Of a DNA stretch of 24,498 nucleotides, positions 1 through 10,028 are shown one piece after another. A model generated the notes under the pieces. It searched no databases, had not been told where the DNA came from, and saw nothing but the letters and a program-made list of their open reading frames with translations. The position numbers and the translations under genes are program-made. Positions within the stretch are counted from its first letter, which is position 1, and each line of letters begins with the position of its first letter. The DNA is from a virus (taxonomy: Duplodnaviria; Caudoviricetes): IMG/VR virus record IMGVR_UViG_3300033067_001162, positions 1 through 24,498 of that record, one strand, 5' to 3'.

Positions 1-977
1 TCAAAAGCCGCCTTGATTTCTGGTGTGACATCACTTGGTGACATCTCGTTGAAACACGCCTGAAGGTCATCGCGCTCATCTGGTGTGATGGATTTGCGAT
101 CACCCAATTGTGTCAACTTGTTGAGAATTTTCAGCATTGGATTGCGAGAATTAAAGATAAAAACCGACGAATCGTTCCCCGTCTCCTTTTGGTGATGGTT
201 GGCTGCTTCATCAACCATTTCTTCTGACGCAAGCAATGGTGTCATTGCTTTGAAGAATGGTCGATTGGTGAACGCACCTCCAATCAACAAATTTCGAACT
301 ACGGAACCCGTTTCTTCGTCTTTTTTTTGGAATACTATTTCGGGAGAAAAGTATTTGTATGCTCATTCAGTGAGCAGTTCTGCACCTTTCTTGGTGAGTT
401 CTATTTTTGCAAACAAGGCATCTTTGCCTTTATTGTATACATCTTTGAACCAACCGAGGGCTTTGTGATTGTCTTCGTGGTTCTCATCGACAGCAAGTTT
501 GATTTTTCTGACATTCTTGTCAAAGTTCGTTTTGACCTCTGACAGTGTTGTTGCAGTTATATTGAGTTTTCAAATCATTGGGTGATTCCAAACTCCCGTT
601 CGCATAATCTGAATATCCACGAGATCACCAGCGTTGAATTTTTTTCCTTCCGCTGGGGCTGTCGGTATATCAGAGAAAAACGCCTGGAAGTGGATTTCAT
701 CGTTTTCGTTGCAGCAGACTTCACTTGGAGACGCTTGATCCTGGACAACGAGTTCGTCAACCAGACTTTCAATCTGTGTCTTCTCCATTGTGTTGACCAG
801 TTCCTGAACCTTTGTGTTCATCACGAGATTTTTCATTCTCCAGAGAACACGATCAAAAGTCTTGGCATCAAGACCTTTGTCATAGATTATTTTCATAATC
901 GTCTCGGCTTGTTTCTGTGAAACTTGTGTCGCATCAGCGAAAGATTTTGATTTTTCCTGGAGTGCTTTTTTGTTCAT
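1..977 (-). CDS. Mu-like prohead protease (gpI/gp32-like), runs off window edge
   Basis: Read through TGA at 570-572: ...LAVDENHEDNHKALGWFKDV...ELTKKGAELLTE(G)AYKYFSPEIVF...LIGGAFTNRPFFKAMTPL, matching Mu protease motifs (H, GW, Y.YxSP, TNxP); no TAA/TAG to position 1. Confidence 0.85.
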
Positions 978-980
978 ATC

Positions 981-1322
981 CTAAATGATAGAAGGTAAAG
1001 TTTCGTCAATGGCAAATTCCGTTTTCTCGTCCGCAGTGGCTATTGCTTGCAACCTATTTTCAATTTGACTTCTCAAATCAAGATAGTGTGACAATGCTTC
1101 GTGTTTTCCAACCACCTTTTCTCTTTGAGAATTATAGATTCCATTTTTTGTTTTGCAAGTCTCATCTTCAATTTGTGACTTTCGTTTGTTGATTCTTTCC
1201 ATCAAATATTCTTCCGCCAATTTCAATGCACCAATCATCGGGAGTTCAAGAAACTCTTGTCCCTTCATTCGGATTTCTACCGAATTATTTTCCTGAAGTT
1301 GAATGGATAGAATTGCCACCAT
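981..1322 (-). CDS. Hypothetical protein (113 aa)
   Basis: ATG with T-rich leader, TAG stop 3 nt before the protease start. Confidence 0.6.
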   Translation of the reverse strand: MVAILSIQLQENNSVEIRMKGQEFLELPMIGALKLAEEYLMERINKRKSQIEDETCKTKNGIYNSQREKVVGKHEALSHYLDLRSQIENRLQAIATADEKTEFAIDETLPSII

Positions 1323-1461
1323 AACTTTTTTTTTGTTTTATAGATTTTGAGACCGCACAGATTTGTGCAAATCAATAGAACGGAATTGTGACTGTGTTTT
1401 TTTCCATATCGACGCATCTCTATAATAATAATATTTACTATATCTATACTATACTATGAGA

Positions 1462-1670
1462 GTTTCTGAAGGGTTTCAGACATCAGAAACATATCAGAAA
1501 CCCAGCAAACCTCTCCAATATAACGACCAATTAAAAATGAGTTTTTCAATCTGTCAATAAATTTTGCATCAAGTGATGAAGATTTGATGCGTTTTCTGTC
1601 GCATTTCAAATGATGCGTTTTTTCAGTATGCAGAAACTATTCAGAAACATCGGTTTCATCTGTCAGAAAC
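1462..1670. repeat. Cluster of TCAGAAAC short direct repeats next to an AT-rich tract
   Basis: TCAGAAAC at 1483, 1494, 1641, 1663, GCAGAAAC at 1630, inverted copy at 1462; TGATGCGTTTT at 1585 and 1611; AT-rich tract ~1419-1458. Confidence 0.6.
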
Positions 1671-4600
1671 TTGACCCCATCGGCTCGAAGAACATCTCTC
1701 ACATACTCTGAAAATGCTGTTTCTTCTGCATTTGCAAGGGCATCTTCGAGTTGTTGGATTCGCGCTTCGTGTTGCTTCTGTCGATTCGGAAAGGTGTTGC
1801 TGTCTTGAAGTGCTTTGAGTTTTTCACGACGGTCTGCCAATTCTTTTTCGATAATCTGAATGGCTGGACTGTTTTTGAGAACAATAGGTGCTTTGAGGTC
1901 TTTGAAGGTGTCCAGCGTCACATTGGCTGGAATGCTTCCAGGAATGCCCGTGAAGTTCGGCTTGAATGTCTCGTCCATCAATATTTCAACCCATATAGAA
2001 CGACAGTTGAAGTGTCGTGGTGGTGAGTAATTGTAAAAATCAGGACTGCCAGCCTTGACGACCCTTCCATCGAGACTTCGACAAATCTCTGTCGTCCTAT
2101 CGTCCAGGATAGCTGAATATTGGAATCACCAAATCTTCTCTGGATAGCGTTCGAAGATAGATGATCGACCAAGATTGATTGAACCAGTTATCCCCAGCGT
2201 TGTCAGAGTAGCTTTGGCAGACGAGAAAACCTTGTCGAGACTTTCAGCAGCAGCCGCAACCGTTTCTGCTGCATTGGTAGCCGTTATCGAACCACCCTTC
2301 TTGGCAATCTGCTGGGTTGCTGCTGTCTTCGCTGACGTTTCTGCCTTTGATATAAGACCAGCAACCACGGCATCGTTCTGGACACGGATTGCGCCAGCGA
2401 CTTCGCGAGCCGTTGGCGGAACCATCACACCCATCTCTGTTGCCGCTGTCTTCTTGCCGATTTCAAAGAGTTCTTTTTGAATGTTGGTCAATGCCTGTGC
2501 TAGATCACCAGCATATTTTGCCGATACAGCACCGAGTGCTTCAATGTTGTTATTCTCAACTGCATTCTTGATTTGTGCCAGAAGGTCAGCTTTCTGTCTG
2601 TCGGTGATCTCGGTCATTTTCTCTTCCAGAAGTTTTGTGAATGCTTCCATTGAGTTTGATAGAGAATCAAAATTGACCTTGCGTTCAGCGAATGTCATTG
2701 CACGAGGCGACTTGTCTTCAAATTTATTTATTTTGAATCCTTTTTTTTTTACCTCTGCGAAGTGAGAGGCGTCAGTGCATTCATTCTGAAGCCTAGTAAT
2801 GAATTGATTATTGAAACAATGAGAAAGTTTCAGATATTCTTCATCGAAGAACATATCTTTGCCAACTCCGTGATGGCAGTGTTCATCGTGAGTGTGTTCA
2901 GGTTCTTCGAAGAGACCTGACGATTTGCGAGTGTTCGCAATCTCTGCTGACTTGCTTTTTGTGGTGTTTGAGAAATCAGTGCGAAGTTTTGCTTGAGTAG
3001 AACGATTGTCTGCATTCTCTTTTGACAGCCCGTCAATCATTGCCTTCACTCCATCGCGCTTTGGGTCTCACTTTGGAAGGTCTGTCAAAGACTTTCGAAG
3101 TTCAACCATCTGCTTTGTGTTGTCCTGGATATGCTGTTTCATTGGTTCAATAGCTGATTGGAGAGTCATTCGACCAGCCTGGAGTTCAGCACGGATTCAT
3201 TTGACCGTTTCTGCAATAGCTGCTTTTCGCTCTTTGATAACAGCAGCAACTTGTTTCCTATCCTGAACATCTTGGCTTCTCAATCGTGTGAGTGGTTGAG
3301 TGACTTTGTTCCTTTCTCCACGGAGTGCGGCAATCTTCTGGTTGAGTGATTTGAGAGAAGCCAGCAGTTGTTTTCGTGCTGGAGTTCCCTTCTTTCATTT
3401 CTGAATGCCAGCCTTCACAGTCTTGAGGTGTTCAATCTCACTGCGCAAACCGTCCGTCTTTGCACGGAATTCTGCATTTGCCTTGTCTATATTGCCAGTA
3501 TGCTCGGCAATCTTCTTGGTGAGTCATTGACTCACAGTCTTGAGGGTTCCGCCACCAGCCTTTTTCAAGGCATCTGAAATGTTCTTCTTCCATTCATCAG
3601 TGAGGTGATCACCCTTGTTGATAAAATCGACAGAGTCTTCATCATCACACGCCATCAAGAGCATTTCTGACATCTCGTCGAAGAGTGATTCGAATTCTTC
3701 ATCTTCCATCTCTTCAGAAGCTGACAGAGTGTCAATCTCTTGCTGAAGTTGGTCAATCACAGCTGACTGGTCTTGTGGTGCTGCATTCGGGTCTGTTGCT
3801 GGAGCGTTTGGGTCAGTTGGTGCATTTGGATCGACGGGAGCATTCGGGTCAACAGCCCCTGGAGTGGCAGAAATCTCACGGGCTGGAAGTCCGAGAATAG
3901 TTCTGAAATGGTCTTCAATGTTTGAATCAGCATTGACGACACCACCACCAACGAGAGAGACGACAGTTTCAGCGAACTTCGCAACATCTGCACCACCAAT
4001 CTTCTCGAAATCAAGTTTTGGATATTGTTTGACATCAAAGTTGAAATCAACCAACTCTGGAATCAGAAATCGGTTGAATACATCAGCAATGCTTTTTGCA
4101 GCAGAATTGAGACACTGAAGGAAAAGGTCTGACTGGTCTTCTGACAATGAACGGCTTCCACTCTTTGTGTCACCAAGTTCGATGAATTGTGCAAGAACAC
4201 CTTTCGCGATTTCTCGATTGTGGTGTTTGATAGATTCGAAGAGATCAGTGCCACTCGAAGCGTGAAGGTCAGCGAATTCGAACTTCCAACCTTTTGTTTG
4301 TGGTCAAGGAACGACGATTCCTGTCTGATCACTAGCACGAATGTTTTTGACGATAGTGAGTGCCGCTGTTTTGTCAGCGTCTGTTGCACCTTCTCCAAGA
4401 TAAATGGTTGGAATACCAACAGACTGGCGTTCGTGACGAACCCCATCAAATCGGTATAGATTGTCTTTGAAAAACCAGTGCTTATAGGCAGAACGGAGAA
4501 CTGAAATTCCTTCATAGTTGTCACCTTCTTTCTTGTTGGTGAACAGAATCAGTTTGTCTCAAGGGATATTGACATTTGACAATCAAGCATTCGGTCAACC

Positions 4601-5203
4601 AACCACATTGGCTGGAACGAGTTGTTCAACTCCTGGCATTCCGTCTTGTGTCTCCCACTTTGTGATGGTTGTCTGTTTTCTGAATGCAATTTTCTTGATG
4701 ATGATATTGCCTTCGTCATCAACGCCCCAAACTTTCTCGAAGAGAGAAAAGCCAAACGCAAAAAAGGTGCATACTTCTTGAAGAAGGTTGTCCCAAGTTT
4801 TATCGAGTTTATTGAAGAGATTATCTTCGACAAAATCTGCTACTTCCCAGGCAGCATCATCTGATTCACCATTCTTGTCTTCTGCTGGCTTCATTCTCCA
4901 CTGTGTCGAACGGATTGGGAGTTCGAGAGCAAGAAGGATTGCAGAGACTTGTGAATCAGTTCGGCGCATCATATCGAACTTCGTCATTCCAGTCTGACCA
5001 GACAGCTCGGAATTGTAGTCTTCCGAGAGAATACCTTGAATGATATTTGTTCCAGATCAACCAAGTTCAGCGTTCATTTGTTCAGCTGACTTTCACGAAC
5101 CACCTTTGTCTTGTGATTTGCTCTTCTGGAGAGAAGCAAATGTTGGCGAAATCTGACTCTTTGTTTTTTCTGTTGCTGGTGTGGTCTTGCCATTCTTTGC
5201 CAT
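1637..5203 (-). CDS. Portal protein (Mu gp29/DUF935-like) fused to a long helical linker and a Mu gpF-like minor head domain, ~1188 aa
   Basis: Single frame from ATG 5203 to TAG 1637 when TGA=Gly (joins track ORFs 4595..4987, 3524..4147, 2126..3049, 1637..1981). Portal motifs EGDNYEGISVLRSAYKHW, HHNREIAKGVLAQF..GSRSLSEDQ; gpF motifs YSAILDDRTTEICRSLDG and PPRHFNCRS. Confidence 0.88.
3782..3852 (-). repeat. Intragenic 4x DPNA(P) peptide repeat in portal fusion linker
   Basis: VDPNAPVDPNAPTDPNAPATDPNAAP. Confidence 0.8.
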
Positions 5204-5221
5204 AGTGGAAAAATAAAGAAA

Positions 5222-6631
5222 CTAGAATTTTGCTGATAAGAAACTTTTGTTGCTGTCAGACTGTCGTTCACTCGGTTTCTGCAAGAATTGTTGGGATTTC
5301 TGAATCGCAACTTTCGCTTGTTTTTGAAATGCTTCGTTCATATTACGAACAGAATCGAAGTTTGCAACTGGTTGACCTAGCTTGACAAGTCAATATCTCA
5401 ATGCGTCAGGTCAGTGGTCTTCACCGTGTGTGTCCATATCCTCCACATTGCTTTTGTCGTGCTGTTGTTCTGGTATAGTTCGAATGAGATTCACACAGTT
5501 CGAAGTGATTTTCAGACTCGAAGTGATCTCTTTCGTGTTTGGGTCTTCATAGGGTTTCAAATACTTTCGCACCGTCAACCAACCTTCCACACGACTGTTG
5601 TCACCGCCTTCAACTCTCAAACCCCATTTTTCCAATTCCTCTTTGCCAGTGACTCAATTCTGTTCTCTCTTCCCGACGATGGCTGGATCAACAATCGTGA
5701 CAGAAATCTTCTCGTCCTGGGTTGTCATCGCCTGGATTTTGATTGCGAGTTCTTTGTATGACATTTCTGGTCAATAAAGTTCACGATAGCAAGTGACCTG
5801 ACCTTGCGTGTCTTGTGCCAGCCAATAGACGGCAGACGGATTTGCATATCAGTAATCGAGACAAACCAGATATTGTTTGGCATTCTTTGGAACGACTGGG
5901 TCGATGATATGGATTGATTCACGAAACTCGGTGAAATACTGACCTTCGAAGACATTCCAATCGCCTTCAAGATATGCCCGTCGTTTCTTCTCTGGCAGTG
6001 CCTGGAGTGCTTCGACATACTGGGGTTGTGTTTCCATCAATATCTGGTTGTCCCAGACGAACGATTGAACGAAGGCATAGTCTTCTGGCTTTTCACCTTC
6101 TTCTGACTTGAAATTTCGGTCAATCCACAGACGCTTCACCCAGGCGTGACCACGACCACCAGGATTGGTTGAACCGAAGAAGTTTGGAATGACACCCTTC
6201 TTGGTGGTTCGGAGTGAGGTCATCAAAATCTTCCACTCTTCTTCCGTCCACTGGGTCAACTCTTCGATGCAGATGAAATCATATTCGATACCCTGGAAGT
6301 TCAGAACATCTTCGAGATTTCGGCAGTATGAGAAACGGAGTGTCGAGCCGTTTGGAAAAGTGATGGTGTTCTTCTGCTGATTGTGCTTGTATAGTTCACG
6401 GGGAAGTTCGTTCTTCATCGGGTTGATCATATTCTCTTCGATCTCTGGCAGAGTGCGACGGAGAGCGAGACCACGAATTTTTGGTCACGACAAGCATTGA
6501 CGAGTGCATTCAGCGCGCATTTCATAGGATTTTCAACCACCTTTCGCACCACCATAGACACGGAACTTCGCAAAGGTATTGGCGAACTCCAGCTGCTTTG
6601 GTTGCAATGGATAGAGGGCGTGTGCTTCCAT
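5222..6631 (-). CDS. terL: Terminase large subunit (469 aa)
   Basis: YGGAKGG(TGA=G)KS Walker A, FICIEELT Walker B, GSTNPGG, nuclease CLDY(G)YANPSAVYW and EDH(G)PDALRY(G); ATG 6631 to TAG 5222. Confidence 0.95.
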
Positions 6632-7338
6632 TATTTTTTCTTTTTAGAGGGTTTTGACTTCTTCTTGACTGGTTCTGGTTTGTCAGACTCTTTTGGGGGC
6701 TGGACGAATGGTGATTGCACCATATTGGCAAACTGGATCGTGATTGCACCAGGATTGGTCAAATTCAGGTCAAGTTTCTCATTGAAGTCTTCAGAGTATG
6801 CCAGGAATGTTTTGACTGCTCACAACTGAATCTTTCCATCTTCATCGTCTGAACTGGCAGCATTCCGAAGTTGCTTCAATACCTTCGGAGTCCATCGTTG
6901 CATTGCTCACTTCAGAAACCATTTCCGCAAGACATCAGTTTCTTCTTGCTGTCTCCATTCAGAGAGGGTTCATTTGTGAACAACATATCTGTCACAGAAC
7001 TGAAGGTTTGTGAGGTCACAACACTCTGGAGAGGCTATGAAGGCAGCAAACAAAATCTTCTTCGGATTCATTTTTTCAAATCTTTGAAGTTTTTTCGCTC
7101 ATTCCGCCATATCTTCAATGATTCACCAGCCTGGGTCTTCTGTGATGGTTGACAGCTTTGTCAATGTTTTCTTATCTTGACTTTTACTACCCGAAAGGTC
7201 TTGTGATTTTTCGGGTTTCTGAAGTGTTTCTGCTTCAGAAACTCCCACATCTTTTTTCTTTGATGGTGGAGTCTTTTGAATATGCCCTGTGATTGGCTTT
7301 TTGACGGGCTTTTGTGTTTCTTTTTTCTTTTGTGCCAT
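6631..7338 (-). CDS. Putative terminase small subunit (235 aa)
   Basis: Immediately upstream of terL with TAATG stop-start overlap; HTH-like QFCDRYVVHK(G)TLSEWRQQ; Lys-rich ends; needs TGA read-through at 7123. Confidence 0.7.
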
Positions 7339-7376
7339 AGTGGGGGCGTGTGAAGAAATAGTTTTGATATAGCTCA

Positions 7377-7404
7377 ATAGTATCGAAATTGACACTGTTT
7401 GCAA
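7377..7404 (-). promoter_or_regulatory. Putative late promoter upstream of terS
   Basis: Minus strand TTGCAA-16 nt-TACTAT just downstream of a terminator; overlaps TGCAAACAGT motif. Confidence 0.35.
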
Positions 7405-7412
7405 CAAGGCAC

Positions 7413-7447
7413 AAAAAAGGGACAAGACGACGAATCGAATTGTCCCT
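7413..7447 (-). terminator. Intrinsic terminator separating accessory genes from the packaging module
   Basis: Minus strand AGGGACAA-14 nt-TTGTCCCT followed by TTTTT; second hairpin AAAACACC/GGTGTTTT at 7463-7490. Confidence 0.6.
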
Positions 7448-7506
7448 GGTGTCCCCCACTAGAAAACACCGTGGAAAGAATAGGTGTTTTTTCTGTGGTT
7501 GCAAAT

Positions 7507-8061
7507 TTACTGTTTGTCTGCTGTCTCCAGTGCAATGATTGATTCATTGAGAAGGGAAGCATCTTCGACGCCGCTGATTCCCTGGTTCTGTTCGTCTCTC
7601 CAAGAAGCGATGACAGAATCGAAGCCAGAGTTGAGTGCAGTGAACTGTTCATCATTGAAGGTGATAGACACTGTTGTCTCTCGGAGAGCCTTTCGGTCAT
7701 TCCAGATGACATCAATTTCATCTTCAAGTGCTTTGATTTCTGCTTCCACCGCTTGCTGTGAGTCTGGTCATTCATAAGGTAGAACTGAACCTTCTGTCAG
7801 TTTTTCTCCAGCTTCGAGAAGACGAGCCGAACGAAGTTTTGCTTCGTGCAACTTCTTTTTGTCTGCACGGAGTTTCTTTTTTCCGTCTGCTGGAACTTCG
7901 AGTTGATTTTGTTTGATTTCGAAGTCATTGACCACTGGACGAATTATGTCGATGATCTGTGCGACATTCTTGATGGTCTGGCGTGAATTCAAGAGAATCT
8001 TTGAAACGACGGCATAGAGGTATTGGAGACCAGGATTTGAAATAGTGATAGTGTACTTCAT
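7507..8061 (-). CDS. Hypothetical helical protein (184 aa)
   Basis: Track ORFs 7768..8061 and 7507..7749 are in frame across one TGA; TAA stop; pyrimidine-rich leader. Confidence 0.75.
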
Positions 8062-8088
8062 AGAGTGAGTATAAAAAAGATAAAATGA

Positions 8089-8307
8089 TTATTTGCGAAT
8101 TTCTCGGAGTCTATCCAGAGAAACGATTTTGTCCACTGGCTGTTTGTCAGCATCTTTCCGTTGGCAAACGCCAACGATCACAGCGGTCTGTGCTGTCTCG
8201 TCTACGGAACGAATATGACCTTCCCACAAGTCCATATTCTCTTCTTTGGCAGTCCAATAGACCGACATTCCGACACGCCACTTGGGAAGTTCGAGTTTTT
8301 TTCACAT
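8089..8307 (-). CDS. Small hypothetical protein, SH3/Tudor-like beta pattern (72 aa)
   Basis: ATG-TGA-AAA start: M(G)KKLELPKWRVGMSVYWTAKEENMDLWEGHIRSVDE...; absent from standard-code track. Confidence 0.65.
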
Positions 8308-8308
8308 A

Positions 8309-8521
8309 CTATCTTTTGTGTGAATTATATTCCCGATTGAAGTCCTTCTCGGACATCGAGAGAAGCATTATACCCTGGACGAATGCAATGATCGCTGGAA
8401 TGAGCGTCCACGCGAAGAGGAACATCAAGAGACCAGACGCGGTGCGTCCCAAATAAAATCTGTGTATTCCCAGGAATCCCAGGAAGAATGCCAACACAGT
8501 GGCAGTGCCTTTGTTTTTCAT
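8309..8521 (-). CDS. TM2-domain membrane protein (70 aa)
   Basis: MKNKGTATVLAFFLGFLGIHRFYLGRTASGLLMFLFAWT: canonical TM2 G.HRFYLG motif. Confidence 0.9.
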   Translation of the reverse strand: MKNKGTATVLAFFLGFLGIHRFYLGRTASGLLMFLFAWTLIPAIIAFVQGIMLLSMSEKDFNREYNSHKR

Positions 8522-8613
8522 AAAAGAAAAATAGAAAATAAAGTTTGCGGTCAAACCCCTTGAATAAGGGAAAACAGTATATGTCAGGGACACGAATGTC
8601 CCCAACATCAAAT

Positions 8614-8871
8614 CTAAAATGGCTCGTCTTCTGGTTTGATTGGGGTGTCACGGTAGGCAGAAACTTCAACATCGGTTATGTCAACCCAGAGTTCTTGAAT
8701 TCCGCCGTCCGCCTTCGTCCATTGAATAAATAGACGCGTTGTAGACCGAAGAAACCTCGTGACTGCAATGACCTTCGCAACGACTCCCGTGTCCGAATGC
8801 TTCACTGAAGCACCCAAAATGTCTGGCGTATCACTCATAAAAAGATGATAAATGTCTGGCGTATCACTCAT
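8614..8871 (-). CDS. Hypothetical protein with duplicated N-terminus (85 aa, or 74 aa from second ATG)
   Basis: MSDTPDIYHLF-MSDTPDILG...; TAG stop. Confidence 0.7.
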   Translation of the reverse strand: MSDTPDIYHLFMSDTPDILGASVKHSDTGVVAKVIAVTRFLRSTTRLFIQWTKADGGIQELWVDITDVEVSAYRDTPIKPEDEPF

Positions 8872-8884
8872 AAAAAGATGATAA
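8817..8884. repeat. Perfect 33-bp tandem duplication
   Basis: AAATGTCTGGCGTATCACTCATAAAAAGATGAT x2. Confidence 0.95.
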
Positions 8885-8895
8885 GAAAATAGAAA

Positions 8896-9030
8896 CTATC
8901 GCAGAAGAATCCCCAACACGATCAGAACGACTCCCGTGACAACGACCCAACGACCACCGAGAGAGATCACGACCAGTGCAATTCCAACAACGATTGGCAC
9001 ACTGTGGATCAAGAGGGAAATAATATCCAT
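8896..9030 (-). CDS. Small two-TM membrane protein (44 aa)
   Basis: MDIISLLIHSVPIVVGIALVVISLGGRWVVVTGVVLIVLGILLR; T-rich leader. Confidence 0.65.
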   Translation of the reverse strand: MDIISLLIHSVPIVVGIALVVISLGGRWVVVTGVVLIVLGILLR

Positions 9031-9077
9031 AAAAAAAGGATAGAAAATAAATAGTTTAGAGACATCACGGTCTATGA

Positions 9078-9248
9078 TTATATTCAATGGTTGTGAATAG
9101 CCCCGTCAAATTCCAGTTCGATTCACTCTTCCAAGAGAAAGGTTCTTGATTGCTGTTTCGTGAATCCGTTCTGTTCTTTGTAGTGATCTTCAAGTCTCTT
9201 GAGTTTGTCTGCCGAATTCTTGCTGATTTGAATGGTTATTTTCGGCAT
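9078..9248 (-). CDS. Small putative ribbon-helix-helix DNA-binding protein (56 aa)
   Basis: MPKITIQISKNSADKLKRLEDHY...SRTFLLEE(G)IE: alternating beta strand then two helices. Confidence 0.5.
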
Positions 9249-9577
9249 ATAATCGCCATTATGAATTGGGCTGCTTCCGTGAAGCTGGAGAACTGGAGTG
9301 GTTGAATGAATATATCCCCTATAACTCAACCCTTGTGACCTGAATTGATCACCAGGGAATCGGTCTCACCTTCCATTCTTTGCCACCTGGAACGCTTGAC
9401 GAGAAATAGAAAGTAGAATGGACGCCAGGTGATCTTCTCTTCAACGAAGAAAATCTTGATCCTCTTCGCTTTGTGAATCTCATATTCGTTCCGCGTGATC
9501 CGGTACCTGGCGAATTCCTTGACGACTATATCATCAGGGTGAAGTTTCTGGAATGTATGAAGGCAATAGTCAAGCAT
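9236..9577 (-). CDS. Hypothetical protein (113 aa)
   Basis: Track ORF 9326..9577 extended through TGA to TAA 9236. Confidence 0.6.
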
Positions 9578-9580
9578 AAA

Positions 9581-10014
9581 TTATTTTCTAAAAATTACAA
9601 GCATAGAAGGAAACGGTGCAGCATTCTTTGAATCACCGAACTTGAGACGCCCACGAATGAAACGGATCTCAACGCCTGGTTTGTGGTATATGAAATCGTG
9701 AAAATAGCTGGTGTCTGTCCTTGCTGGAATCAGAAGGCAGATCAATAGCACGCCCCCCCCCTCGATTCAGTGAAACATTTCTCGACCCACTTTCTCAAGT
9801 CTCTTCAATATGGGGGATTGCACCAGACTTTTCAGAACCAGGATTGAGCAAGTCAATCGTCGGCAATCGTGAAGAATCGAGCCGCCTTGTGGTTTGTTTC
9901 GTCGGCAGCTGGGTCAAGGTCGAATTCTCAAAACTCAAGTCTCACAGAATCAAAAAATGACTGCGGCGTTGACCACTCATTCGTTTTCGAAGAGAACATC
10001 AATTCTGTGTTCAT
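9581..10014 (-). pseudogene. Phage DNA N6-adenine methyltransferase (Dam-like), frameshifted at a G9 tract
   Basis: N-part EWSTPQSFF...FDLDPAA...DD(G)LAQSWF(G)KVWCNPPY(G); C-part LLIPARTDTSYFH...IRFIRGRLKFGDSKNAAPFPSMLVIF in another frame; ATG-to-TAA span is 434 nt (3n+2). Confidence 0.85.
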
Positions 10015-10028
10015 AATATCTAAAAAAT

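Noticed and set aside
1450-1604. ~50-codon minus-strand ORF in the head-module gap under code 25
   Set aside because: No typical leader, overlaps repeat and promoter-like motifs, and has no protein-like features
7390-7500. tRNA (e.g. a UCA-anticodon tRNA-Gly)
   Set aside because: Hairpins lack cloverleaf geometry and T-loop/D-loop consensus; no tRNA recognised by eye anywhere in the window
8817-8884. CRISPR mini-array
   Set aside because: Two adjacent copies with no spacer and no cas genes; it is a simple tandem duplication
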